From: Nageia nagi
Lineage: Eukaryota; Plantae; Pinophyta
Direction: 5' to 3'
Assembly (NCBI GenBank): GCA_050084985.1
Contig: JBITNC010000001.1
Location: 139,376,001 to 139,440,000 of the forward strand
Length of the DNA: 64,000 bases
The translations under genes and the position numbers were made by a program. The notes below the pieces were generated by a model. That model had not been told where the DNA came from and made no database searches. It saw only the letters and a list, made by a program, of their open reading frames with translations. Positions 42,597 through 53,755 of the stretch are shown here, in pieces. Each line of letters opens with the position of its first letter. Within the stretch, counting starts at the first letter, position 1.

Positions 42597-43372
42597 ATGG
42601 AAGAACTAGGAGATATAATAGATGTCAAATAATAATTTTTTATTGATAACATTGATGAAGAGAATGAAATCATGAAGTGGTTATTTATGGAAGACCCAAA
42701 TAGTCAAGGAAGGGATTCATAAAATTATCCAGATGTAATGGCATTACATGAGAATTGCAATTATTTTATTTTTCCCATTTTCCCTTTGTTGTAAGAAGTT
42801 GTTGACCTAGGTTAGAAGTACAATGAAGATGTCAAATTTTTTGATATTATCATGTAGAGCAAAATCCAAATCTTTGCTAAGAAATTCAATAGTTCAATTC
42901 CAAAAATAACTATTTCACATTTACTACCAACTATGAGTTTCCCTACTGAATAAGGTAAGAAAAGAGAGCATGAATTCATGAAACTATGAAAGAGCTTGTC
43001 AATCATGAATAAGAAATAACAACAATTCTAGTTTTGAATGATTTATTTGATTCTATATTTTCTTCTATGAATTGGGATGAAAACAATGAGGTTGAATTCA
43101 TGAAAATTGAATTTTTAGATAATTACCACAATTTGAACATAGATCTTGCAGAGATTGATTTAAATGATCCATTTATAGAGTCCATTGTTATTTATGTTAG
43201 TTAACTTACTAACTCCCCATGTTTATAGTTTCTATATTCTTTGGAGGCTAGAAGTGACACTCTCAAAGTGGATGGAGATGTTTCCCATAGCCAACCTTCC
43301 TTGTGCATTGATTATACTAAGATACAAAAAGGGATTAGAAAGAAAAGATGGAAATTAGATGAGAATAAAAAA
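42597..43372 (+). pseudogene. Trihelix-gene copy B, multiple C-to-T stops, truncated at the first helix
   Basis: aaaATG at 42597: MEELGDIIDVK**..IMKWLFMEDPNSQG..NWDENNEVEFMK..RKKRWKLDENK, then unrelated sequence. Confidence 0.92.
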
Positions 43373-44399
43373 ATATTTTTCTTACATTTCATGTATGGTT
43401 TTCTTCAATTTGTAATTTCCTTTCAAACCATTTTTATGCTTTTTTCTTGTACAAAATTGTACATTGTACATCAAGATTTGATTCTTCACCATTTTTGAAA
43501 TTATTTAGATTGGATAAAGGTATTGTTATTATTGAATCTATATTTCCTCTCGTGCATGGTATTCCTATCCAAGTTAAATGATTATGATAAAAGAGTTATT
43601 TTCCTTTGATATATTTTACAAGTAGATTAAAAATTCTATACCCTTTCAATTTCATTGTGTTTCATTTAACTACATAAATAAAATATATAATTTTCATTAT
43701 AGCATAGTATAAGGTATTCATTGGTTTCAAACTTTCAATTCCATTAAAATATGGATTAAAATCTTAAGGCATGGGAATTTTTTAATAGGATGTATGATGT
43801 AGACACAATTTGATGAAATGCAATGAAATATAATAGTAAATACTAACCAAAAGCACATTATTTGCATACATCCAAATAATTTTTATTAATGATTTATTTT
43901 TATGTTAATCTTTAAAAAGTGTAAAGTTTATAAGGGTCTTCACAAACTTTTACAACTGAGATAACTATATAAATGGGATTTTTAGATTATGCATACTTAC
44001 CACATTCTTTTAACATCCATAATTTGTGGAGTAACTACAAACTACATCCCATCTTAAAATATTTAAAACAACCCATCTTGGGTTATTGTCTACATTAACA
44101 AAAATTTTCACATTTGCTTAGATTAAAGAGACATAAAATCCTATACAAATCTTGGTCTATATGTTCCTTAATTTTATACATAAGCTTCACTATAGAAATA
44201 TACTATTACACTAAACTATCAAATAACTATTATCAATACATTAAGTGCTAAAAAATCTCACACAAAAGACTCCTACTTTTTTGCTGCATTCCTCTTGCTA
44301 TCATGGTGGTCTTTGTGAGAGGGGAAAGAATTGTTTCTCCTTATAGTTGTTCTTGTGGAATTTGTTGTACATTTTTCTTAATATTATTTATTTAAATCT

Positions 44400-46258
44400 T
44401 GTATTCTCTCTAAATTCATCAGATATTGGGATGGGAGCATCTTTGCTTAACAATTCATTTGCTAGCATCTCATTTTGAATCTTATGACTAAAAGATCTTC
44501 TTAGTGGAGCTACCTTTTTCCTCTTCTCTTCTATCATATCATCTGGTATTGAAAATTCTTTAACCCTCTCCTCTTGGGTATATCTTGTTGTCTCTACATT
44601 GATAGGCTTGAATTATTTGGCATTTGGATCTTCCTCATTATGAATTTGTAGTGCTTTCCCCAACATCTTTCTGATCTCTCTATTTTTGAAATCCTTTGGA
44701 GGTGTTTTTTCCTCCAAATTTAACACATGTACCCCTTTAAATTATCCTATATCCTCCCAATATTTTTTCTTTATATTTTTTTAGTATTTCACATTTCTTA
44801 GTTTCTCTACATCCTCTCATTATTCTTTTACCCTTTCCTTACTAGGGGCTTTTTTTATGAGCATTTTTTTTGACATCTTCAATTTCTATCAAAATATTTG
44901 ATGCCTCTTTTTCCTCTTTTGTCCTTTATTTGATATTTCTTCTTGTTCTCCTTGCAAGTGGATTATATTTGAACTTCACTAGATTCTCCATTATTTTTTT
45001 CCCCTCCTCTTGCTTTGATGCATTCTCCTCTAACTTTTCTTGGGTATTTTATTCATTGTCTAAATTTAATTCATCCCTTTCTTTTTTACTCACCTTTTTG
45101 CTACTTGTTTGTTATCTTTTTATTCTAATTCTTATTAAATTATGTCATATCCACCATTTTTTTGGTAGTTTATGCTATTTTCATGAAAATCACCTCCCCC
45201 TCTACATACCCTTGCTCCTATATTCCTATTATGTTCATAGCTTATTCAAAAACTAAATTTGATTTTGTAGCTCTTTTTGTATTTAATTTTTGATTAGATT
45301 TTATTCCCATAATGCTCTTTTTTTTGCTATTATCTTGGACATCTCCCTACACTGATGCTACATTCTCCTCCCTATGAATATTTGTGCCAAATTTTACTTT
45401 TACATTCTCTTTACTTGACCTATTTACCTTTCTTGTATAGGTTTAAAATTTATAGTGGGCTCCTTACTAGGCTCTCCTTTCTCTTGAATGACTTTATTCC
45501 CACCTTCTTCTATTTCAATACCCTTGCTAGAGGGGTGTTATTCTCTTGCTTAGAAATTTTAACCCTAAGGTTTTTGTTTTTCCTTCCATCAAACACCTTA
45601 CATCAAACTAAGATTTTTACCCTTGGCATCCTCTTGGGTCTATTTACCAAGCCTCTCTCATACACTAGTTTGATCACTCTACCATGAATTAGGCATTATG
45701 TTAAATTTGCCTTCAATTTTCTTATATATATCTTCATGGAATTGAAAATGATGAAGGAAAAATTAGCCCTACCTTTTTTAGGAAAAGAAAAGTATTTTAT
45801 AATACTAAAGTGATGGGCATAAAGTTTATTGCATGTTCCTTTCAAAGTTATATATCTTATAATGGCATTGACCATCTCCTTCCAAGGGTTTAGAATGCAA
45901 TTTATCAAGTTCCCATCTAAAACTTATCCAAAATGAGCCTTTGCATATAGGTTTCCATAAACTTATCTTTTGTTGCAAGCTTATTCACTCTTGCTTCTCT
46001 TTTTTCTTCTATTCCTACTTTTAGTAGGTGGGTTGCTTGGGCTATTATCTCTATTGAGAATACCAACTCCAAACCATTAATATTACAAAAATGTTCATTA
46101 TAAGAGTCTACAAATTCTATTGAGAGTTGTTCATGCTTATACCTACATGCATTTATAAAACTTTCTAATCCTCTCTCATATTAAATACACCATACTTCTA
46201 CATTTTTCCTAGGCTACTCTATTGAGCTTGACTTCCTTCCTACATAGTCTCCACCCAT
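44400..46258 (-). mobile_element. Remnant of a retrotransposon-associated extra ORF (putative plant transposon protein-like domain plus K/E-rich tail)
   Basis: Minus strand starts MGGD (46258), then HEQLSIEF and PWKEMVNAIIRYITLKG..LYAHHFSIIKYF..NFSFIIFNSM, followed by a long K/E-rich decayed frame. Family assignment is from recall. Confidence 0.55.
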
Positions 46259-48719
46259 TTATGAAGTTACAGTATGCTAATCTAGATTCAAATGTGGGTT
46301 ATTTTCCTCTCAACTCCAAAGCTCAATTTTATATGTTAAGTGTTTGGGTATTTGTCAGCTCATTCCTAAGACTAGTATTACATAATGTATTTTGAGTTTT
46401 AATTCATCTATGCCATATGTTACTTCACCTCAAGTTTCTACTCACAAGCTTGTCATTATTATTATTATTAGTAATTCATTATTCTTCTAAGGTCACATGT
46501 TATATATTTATCAATGCTTCATTTTAAAGTATATTGTTGGTGCTTACTAGCTTAAGATCTAATCCATTCAAAACCATTACAATATTGGGTTTTTTATTTC
46601 AATCTTCTTTATATGCAATGTTGCATTTGTCTCTTCATTCTAACTATATATTTGCAACTTTGTTTCACTATTTCATTTCAATACTATATTATTCTACTTG
46701 GGTTTCCTAGCTTGCTAATTTTTCTTATTGTTCATGAAATAATAGTATGAATATTACAATAGGTATGAATATTGCAATGAGTATGATTACAACAAGTTAG
46801 AAAATTATTCATATACAAAGAATTACAAAATGTTGCAATAGATGTTCATATTCCATAAAAGAAATTAATATCCATGGATAAATTCAAAGAAAAATATAAG
46901 CGCATACATCATTTGGGCAAATGCATTGTAAAAAAAGCCCCATACTTGGAAGATTTGGGGTTCTACAACTATGGAGGATAGAGTAATTTAATCTACATAC
47001 AACAAATCAAACATGGGTTGGTATATCTCGATAGAGCAATAGAATCCGATGATGGTTGGGTGATAGATTCATATATATGCTCATGATTAATATTTTGATA
47101 TACATTCATTATATATCCATGTGAAGCAGTAGGATTAGGCAAAGGTGGTGGTGGTGGAACCTATATATGGCTAGCATGTTTTGGATATACACCCATAATA
47201 TGTGTAAATTTGGTTAGATGATAGGCTTCTCCATTGATTTTATCATGATATGTGTACAATTAGTACTAGTTACTCATGTTTACTTCAATGGTACTAAGCA
47301 TTATCTTTATTTATTTACATCAAAAATTCTATTAGGATATTACATTCAAATTATTTATATTAAGATAGATACAACTAGTCGATCATGTTTATTCAGCAAT
47401 TTTAATTATGTTATATCTTTACACTAGTTATGTGAATTCTATTATAATATTGCTCTTATGAGTTGTAGTTATAGCTATGTTGGCACACTTAATTACTCAT
47501 AAGATAAAACTGAGTATAATGTTGCTTTGGTTAAGATGAGGGCTATTATGTGGATCGTATAAGCTTATTTTTTTTCAATAGAATTATTCATGATTCTATG
47601 TGTTTAGACTTGTTTCAAATAAGATAAAAATCTATGAAGTAAATAATAAGGCATTAAAGAATGTATTTTATTTAGAATTTGTAAATTCATTTTAATTATG
47701 GTAAAATTAGTTTTGTATCATTATGTAATTATTTTTAAAGAAATCAATTACATGTATGAGTTTGTGGAGTGAATAATGAGGCTAAGAGTTTTGTTAAGAC
47801 TTTAGAAAATGGAAATTGATATTTTTTTTGGTATAAATATATTATATCATTTTATTAGAGTTATTTTGAGTAAAACTAAATAAACTTAGGTATGCTTTAG
47901 CCTCTTGGGCTATGTAGTTGAGATCATCTAGGTTGTGTATGATTGTTTATCGTGTGATGTATTAGCATGGGTCATAAGATCAAAAGAGATTGTGGGGTAA
48001 TGATTGAATCAGTGACACCATCGATTATCCTATTGATTAGGAGAAAAATAGGTTATTATGGAAGGATAAGTTCTCAACCCTTAAGTCTCCACTCCATACA
48101 TAAATATCCAATAATCAATTTGAATTATGGATGTATGCTTTCATATTTATCAAGTGACTAATTATTTTTTCATTAAAGGAGAAGGTAAATAGTTATGGAT
48201 GCCATTAATAGCTATTTGGATAAGGATTTTTATGATTTTGTTTAGTATATTTGAAGAGAAGTTATGATATATACTACGATAACTCTTGATGAAGGTTTTT
48301 GTGATCCATGATGATTGTATTTAAAAAATATATAGAAATAGTATGTTATAATAATAGTGTAAAATTTTGTTAGTTTTGAGCTTGTTATTCAAAATCTAAT
48401 TTACTATATTGCATTGTAATATGAATCAATGATGAAAAGGGGATACTGATCCTTGAAATGTTCTTATTTTGACCAAGAAATTACAATGAATGTTTTATCC
48501 ATTTTGATTTTGTGTTATATGTTAATAATGAGATGCATTATTTATATGAAAAATGAATTATTATTAAATAATTTGCAATATGATAATGTGTACATATTTA
48601 TTATGAAAAATGGTATAAAAAGATTGTAATAAGGTTCAAGGTTTGATCCTTTGAGTTTAAGTCAAAAATAAATTATTGTGATATTTATAGGAAAGTGTGC
48701 ACATGCCAAAGATAAGTAA

Positions 48720-48771
48720 TCCTTAAGTACACTTCTATATAATAACTTAACTATATATGATTTCTTTGAGG

Positions 48772-48833
<62 letters not shown>

Positions 48834-49353
48834 TTGGTATGGTTAATTTCCACTTATAAGATATTCATGAGTTTAACATAATAAACAAATAATCTTTCAT
48901 AAAATGGGTACAAGAAATACACTTAAGAAGTACACCATAAATAACATTATCATAAGGTTTGGGGTTTCATTCCAATTCAATGGATAATGGAACTAAATTT
49001 TCATGGAAGTAAAGGTATTTTTTAAGAAGTACTATATTAAATAAAAATTATAAAGATTGTATTATACTTAAAAGAAATGATCAAAAGAAAGAAAAAAATG
49101 ATCAATATTTTATTATAAATATATTTAAAATGGAAAAGATTGCTATACTTATATAATATTTACAATACAGACTTATGAGATCAACACTAGAATAGAAATA
49201 GGGCTAATTGGTTTGTCATTACTCTAGGGTAAGGAGGTTGAATATGTATTATACATTAGTAATAATGTAAATAAGAATATAAGTTAGTAATAATGTAAAT
49301 AAGAATATTTCTAAATAAAGGAATATCATGTATCTCAAGATGTATTATACCTG
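48720..49353 (+). mobile_element. Tat-type integrase remnant, unit copy C (internally deleted)
   Basis: Aligns to 39560-40477 and lacks ~40090-40405. A 25-bp tandem duplication (49256-49308) lies at the deletion site. Confidence 0.85.
48773..48830. repeat. (TA)29 microsatellite
   Basis: Perfect TA run. Confidence 0.98.
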
Positions 49354-51001
49354 ACCAAACTAATGTAGTAAATGAAAGTCATACTTTTTCAAGCTAAAAT
49401 ATATTCTTTTTATATTTCCTAATTATTCCTATATATTGGTATTGCTTAAATTTTTCATAATTTATCTTCAAAAATAAATTTCAAACTAGTTGAAATGATA
49501 GAAAATTACATAATATTTAACAAAAAATGGATGTTTTGAAGATTTAATTTATGATAATGAAGTGTTAATGATGCATTACTAATTTTAAAATTTCATTCTA
49601 AATTTAATATACTAATTCTTAGTTTACCATTCAATTTAAAATAAGAATATAATAATAAATATCACTTTTATGGATTTTGACACATCAAAAGGTCATTTTT
49701 AAATCAATAGTTCTCTAATACATCTACACCTTCAATGACTAAGTTCTAGGATACTTATTCCTAGTATGCTTGAATTCTTAAAATGAGACACATTATAAAT
49801 CTTAAATGGATTAAAAAATAAATAGTACCATTGAATGTAAATAACATATGAGTTGTAAAATTATCCCTTCCTTCAAATATCATATTGAAAATTATCATAT
49901 TTGTAATATCATGCTATGTACCATGTTCTTACCTATCAAAGTTGAATTTATTATGTTTATTAATATTTATAATTATCTACTCTATGTTTCAATAATATGA
50001 TAAAGGAAAGGTTCTTATTCATTATATAATAATTTTATGTCCATTGTAAGTATCCAACACAAGCATCCAAAAATTCAAAAATATCCTCTTCTTTGTAGGA
50101 TTCATTCACTTTGATAATAATGGAACAATAAGACTCATTTTTCTAATATTTGAGGAATCTTCGATAATGTTGTATTGTATGATGCATAATGATTAATGTT
50201 AGATAATATCAATGCAAGCTTGTTTATCCTATTAAAGGTACCCATATTTGAACCCTACAAATATAACAAGATCATATCATCATATTAAGATTATGATACT
50301 ATTATATTATGTTGAATAAAAAATGAACATCTAGCATATGCAATCCCATACTTATAAGCTCATCACTAAAAAATATCATCACCTAATCAAAGGAAATTTA
50401 ATATGCAAAAACATCTTAAAACATGCTCCTAACCCAAACCACTTACGTTTAAGCATTTATTATTGAAATGCCATTAATCTAGTACTCTACTCCCAAAAAT
50501 GTTCATGTTCTAATACCATAAACCCAAAATGGATATCATTTAGTTCCAAACCTTAACAACTCATCAAAGTTAAATTAAGTCACTCTAAATCACTTCTATG
50601 ATCATTTTTTAATATCATCAAATTAGAAACATCATTTCAAACATCAACAACAACTAGAGATTACTATTTGAAAATACAAGCAATTTGTTAGCAAACATAT
50701 TATCCCCCCCATCAATCAAATAATCCTTTATCTTAACAATTTGTGAGCAATTTATTCTATGTTTGATTCCCACAATAAAACGCATGCTATGTAATGACCT
50801 ACTACAATCGTCTCATTGATTGATTGATCTCCTATATAAACGTTAATATATTTTACCTGTACCTTACCTTTATATATCTTATACTATATAAACACATAAT
50901 CCAAACATCAAAATTCTTTTCTATTATTAAATTTAAATTAGAAAAAATCTTATTAATTTGATCCAAAGATACTTTCGAACTCATAGTCATCATCTATGCC
51001 A

Positions 51002-51460
51002 ACTACACATATCAAAGAGAAGTTAACAAATCAACAACAATATTAAAAGAGAAAAGTTATACCTAACATTAAAATATCAATAGTGTATCTTACTAATATT
51101 TCAAATTTAATATCTTCTTTGTTGTTAAAGTTGAAGTAATTTAAACAAGGCCGGAGAATGCGAGGGCCTCATTGGAGTATGAAAAAGGAATGAGATTACT
51201 AAAAAAAAAATTGAAAAATTATCAGAGCTTACTACACGCGGATGAAAGACGCATTAACAAATCAACAACAATAATATGAGAGACAAATTATACCGAAAGT
51301 GAAAATATCAATAATATGTGTCTTACTCATATTTCAAATGTAATATCCTTTTTGTTTTTAAAGCTAAATAATTTAAACAAGGCGGGAGAATCTCAGGGCC
51401 TCTCATTGGCGTATGCAAAATTAATGAGATATCTAAAAAATGAAAAATTATGAGAACTCT
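51002..51460 (+). repeat. ~230-bp tandem duplication upstream of trihelix copy C
   Basis: actacac..aacaaatcaacaaca..ttaaacaaggc.ggagaat..gggcctc..aaaaattat.aga at 51002-51230 and 51231-51460. Single in copies A, B and D. Confidence 0.9.
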
Positions 51461-51652
51461 ACTGAATAAATACCAGTTTCAGAAAGAGCTCTACTGAAAT
51501 ATTTGGGGTGATTTTCAAAAGAGCATTGCAGGTAGAAGGTCACAACTGTATTACCTGCTCTTCAAAGGTATGCCAACACTTTGTTGCCAAACTGATTTCT
51601 TCCTATCGTTATAAATGTCATATCATTCGAATCGTGTTGATTCTTATTACAG

Positions 51653-52534
51653 GAAATTAGTCTGAAGTGGTTATTTGCGGAAGACCCAAACACTCAAGGA
51701 AGAAATTCAGACCTAGGTTTTATTTGCCCTTCACCGCAAGAAGATGTTGAACTAGGTTGGAAGCATACCGAAGACGTCAGAAATTTTGATATTATCATGC
51801 AGGAGGAAACCCAGATCTCTGCTGGGCAATTCAATAGTTCAATTCCAACAATACCCATTTCACATTCTCTACCAAGTGTGAGTTTCTCTGCTAAACAAGG
51901 TAAGAAAAGAGAGCATGAATCCAGGAAGACAGAAAGGTTTGGGAAACTATGAACGAGCTTGGCGGTCATGAACAAGAAACAACAACGATTTCAGTTTTGG
52001 ACGATTTGGCTTCTATATTTTTATCCTCGAATTGGGATGAAAACAATGAGGTTGAATTCATGAAAACTGAATATTTAGATGATGGCCATAATTTGAACGT
52101 AGATCTTGCAGACATTGATTTGGATGATCCTTTTGTGGAGTCCTCTGTTATTGATAGTAGTCCACTTACTAACTCCCCTTCTCTGCAGTTCCTGGATTCT
52201 GAGGAGGCCAGAAATGACACTCTCCAAGTAGATGCAGATATTTCCCATAACCAACCTTCCTTGCGTGGCCCTAACAAAACAAAGAGACCAAAGAAAAGAT
52301 GGAAATCAGATGAGATTAAAGAGCTAGTTCTGAATAGGAGGGAGATGAATAAAAAAATTAATGCTTATAAAGAACTGTGGGAACACATGGCTGAAAGACT
52401 GAATGAAAAGTTCAAAAGCTGGAGGACTCGTAATGCATGCTCTCAAAGATGGTCGTCTCTTACAAGAGTACGGTAAAATGAAGGAAAAAGGTATGTCCAT
52501 CAGAGACCATTTCAACGATATTGAATTCATTTTA
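51653..52534 (+). CDS. Trihelix (GT-1-type Myb/SANT-like) DNA-binding protein with acidic N-terminus, copy C; near-intact but frameshifted (gene or young pseudogene)
   Basis: ORF 51949..52476 ends KKRWKSDEIKELV..KELWEHMAERL..RTRNACSQRWSSL, the three-Trp trihelix pattern. The shifted frame continues LQEYGKMKEK..HFNDIEFIL (fourth helix), then GTAAGT at 52535. Upstream open frame 51653-51899 and GT-AG intron 51568-51652; candidate intron 51900-51994 joins the frames. Confidence 0.8.
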
Positions 52535-52671
52535 GTAAGTATCATGTGCACCTGCGCCATTTATTGGCATCAGCAGCACCACCTATCTACAAAAGAATTA
52601 ATCTCAATATCGAACAACTGATTTTACCACCACCTATCTACAAAAAAGTTTAGACTGCATCAGCACATATA

Positions 52672-53755
52672 TTATGTTTAAGAATATATTATTGAAATAC
52701 CCTTAATGATTTAATCTAGTATCCTAGTCCAATAATGTTCATGATCTAATACCCTATACCCAAAATGGATGTCATTTAGTCTCAAGCCTTAACAACTCAC
52801 TGAAGTTAAATTAAATCACTCTAAATAACTTCCACGATCATCTTTCAATATCATCAAATTAGAAATGTCATTTCAAAGATAGAACTTACTCTTTAAAAAT
52901 ATAAGCAAATTATCAACAAACATATCATCCTCCACATCAATCAAATAATCCTTTATATCTATTATAATATATAAATACATAATCGAGATATTAAAATTCT
53001 TTTCTATGATTAAATTTAACTTAGAAAACATCATATAAATAATTTGATTTGAGGATACTTTCCAACTTATAATCATCATCTACGTGAACTATATGGATCA
53101 AGGAGAATACGTGGATCAAACATATATTAAAAAATCAATAACAATATTATAAGAGAAAATTTCCATAGAATGTAAATATATCAAGAATATGTATCTTACT
53201 AATATTTCAAATTTAATATTTTCTTTGTTGTTAAAGCTCAAGTAATTTAAACAAGATGGGAGAATGTTAGGGCCTCTCATTGGTATATGCAAAATTAATG
53301 AGGTATCTACAAAAATGAAAAATTATCAAATTATTGCAATAATTACATAGATCATAATGCACATTTATTAATTTTGTCTCCATAAAATATTTCATGATTT
53401 TTGAAAGAGCATGGCAAGTTGAAGATTATAAGTGTATTACTTACTCTGGAAAGGTATGTGAATACTTTGTTACCAAACCGAGTTCTTATTATTGTTTTAA
53501 ATATCATATCATTCAATTTGTATTGATTTGTAGTATAGGAAATTAATCTAAAATGGAAAAAATAGGGGATATAGATATCAAACTACAATATTCTATTGAT
53601 GGAATTAATAAAGAGGTTGAAATCATGAAGTGGTTATTTGCTGAAGACCCTAACACCTAAGGAGGGGATTCATAGACTTATCCATATGTAATGGTATCAC
53701 ATTAAAAAATCAATGGTTTTATTTTCCTTTCACCAAAAGAAGTTGCTGACCTAGG
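52672..53755 (+). pseudogene. Trihelix-gene unit copy D, truncated by copia insertion
   Basis: aaaATG at 53553: MEKIGDIDIKLQYSIDGINKEVEIMKWLFAEDPNT*GGDS*TYP..SPKEVADLG, then LTR. Confidence 0.9.

Noticed and set aside
44870-45687. Hydrophobic F/L/S-rich plus-strand ORFs that look like membrane proteins
   Set aside because: They are the antisense shadow of the K/E-rich minus-strand retroelement ORF.
51380-51420. GxCxGLS resemblance to YopT/C58 protease catalytic motif (horizontal transfer idea)
   Set aside because: Seven-residue resemblance in a stop-ridden frame, with no His/Asp motifs seen; unsupported without a search.
52491-52496. AAG|GTATGT splice donor ending the trihelix exon
   Set aside because: The fourth-helix-like HFNDIEFIL lies downstream in frame, so the donor at 52535 fits better.
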